64,000 nucleotides of DNA. It comes from Lama guanicoe (Eukaryota). The notes under the pieces are model-generated. The model was given only the letters and a program-made list of their open reading frames with translations. It had not been told where the DNA came from and did no database searches. Shown piece by piece: positions 62,681 to 64,000 of the stretch. Position 1 is the first letter of the stretch; the number at the start of each line of letters is the position of its first letter. The DNA lies in NCBI GenBank assembly GCA_013239625.1, contig MU053594.1:770355-834354 (forward strand), in the 5' to 3' direction. The position numbers were made by a program, and so were the translations under genes.

Positions 62681-64000
62681 ATTTCAGGGGGCTGATATCT
62701 AAAAGAATTTCCTGAAGACAAGTGATGATTACACGTTTCGAGGTCCACCTCCCTGCCACCTACATTGTGCTTCATTCATACAAAACCAATGACCATCCCC
62801 TCCTTTATTCAAACACTGGTGCCTACTACATGCCAGGCAGCGCTGTTATAGCTGGGGGTACATCTGTCAGTAGAGCAGACGCAGGTCCCCGTCCACAAGG
62901 GGTTCACGTTCAGCACAGCACGTGCGCTCCCGGCCTGTGTGCCTGTGCTGGGTGGCCTGAAAGGCGCATCCACTTCTTCTGCATCTGGGAAACTCCAACG
63001 CGGGAAACAGCGTAACATTTGCAGAGACTTTTCTAGCAGGACCAGAGATCTTTCTTCCCCTACAGGACACCATGCACATTGCTGTGATGAAGTCACTGTA
63101 ATGGGCTGTCATTAAAAATTTCAGCATGGATAATCTACATTAGCCTGTGAACGCACTGATGAGAACAGCGTGCGTTTGTCTTTGTAACCTTGGCAACGGC
63201 TGGGTCCACAGCAGGTGCTCAAATGTTGTTGATGGATACTATCTATTATAGTTTATATGCTTATGTGTTTATCTCCCTCTTTGTGCTTCTCAGGGTCAAA
63301 AGACATTAACTTAGACATTATACAGAGATCTCTGTAGTCCCTCTGTCCAGCAGCAATGATGCTCGATAAACATTTGTGAAATGAAGGAATACATTAACAA
63401 ATGCAAGTGTCTCTCACATGGAAAAACTCAAAATCAGAGTGACTGGGGAAGACCAGTAGGAATCAGAGAAATGACTGTCAAGAATGTTTTCCAAGAAGTT
63501 TAGCTTCCCTTCTCAAGTACGTGCAGTTAATTTGGACCGCACTGATCATCTGTTCCTACGCCCAACTATCATGAGCAAAGAGGATTCATCTGGGATTAGC
63601 AGGTCCAACTGCACATAAATGCTTGATGTTCAAAGGTCTGTGTTTAGGAACAGCGGTGAGTTCTCCTGGGGAGGAAACAAGCAGGTCCTAGGCGGGCTCC
63701 CCAGGCACACGCTGGGACAACCGGGAGCCGGGCACACTCTGGCAGCACCTTCTATGGGGGACCCGCTTCTCTGTGTTTTTTAAAAAGATGGGCAGACACA
63801 GTCGAGAACCACTAGGTCAAACATCACTCCACCACAAATTCATTTTTTCAAAGTCAGGTCAAAATGCATTTCAGTTCTAAACAGATGGAAGTTAACTGAG
63901 TTTATAGAGACAAAGTGAGTAGAGATGTGGAGGTTCTTTTTTTCATGACTTTTGTGACAGTGCGCCACACGGGCCAGGGACAGGCAGAGGCAGTCACTCG

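Larger units (their letters stand above)
3750..64000 (-). other. NCAM1: NCAM1 gene body, 3' part (intron 6 to distal 3' end); 5' part outside window
   Basis: Ordered minus-strand exons translate to the NCAM1 Ig4-Ig5-FN3-FN3-TM-cytoplasmic sequence with consistent splice phases; 3' end approximate. Confidence 0.99.

Noticed and set aside
58522..64000. Upstream exon 6 or another gene
   Set aside because: No Ig3-type coding sequence found; the region reads as intron with MIR, L2 and MER remnants

Overview
This is mammalian genomic DNA, probably camelid judging by two tRNA-derived SINEs (moderate confidence). It holds the 3' part of NCAM1 (neural cell adhesion molecule 1, CD56) on the minus strand. 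In classical exon numbering I read exons 7-14 (Ig4, Ig5, two FN3 domains), the 30-nt VASE exon, the MSD1a/b/c cassettes (15/48/42 nt), the 3-nt AAG microexon, GPI exon 15 (NCAM-120), TM exon 16, exon 17, the 807-nt NCAM-180 exon 18, and exon 19 with a ~3.1 kb 3'UTR. All have AG acceptors, the internal ones GT donors, and reading phases are consistent. Exon 6 and upstream lie beyond position 64000. The rest is intron or flank with ordinary mammalian repeats (L2, MIR, L1, CR1/L3, MaLR and ERV LTRs, hAT MERs), and nearly all other ORFs in the track are noise. I see no new biological system. The most interesting observations concern splicing. They are a strong unexplained 3' splice site with an upstream GCAUG cluster at ~31.4 kb, apparently disabled counterparts of the human SEC exon and 78-nt exon, a 200-nt AG-free zone before the GPI exon, UAG clusters after two microexons, a NAGNAG acceptor, and a 39/40-nt direct repeat flanking the TM exon. 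Comparisons with human or mouse sequences are from memory and need alignment to confirm.
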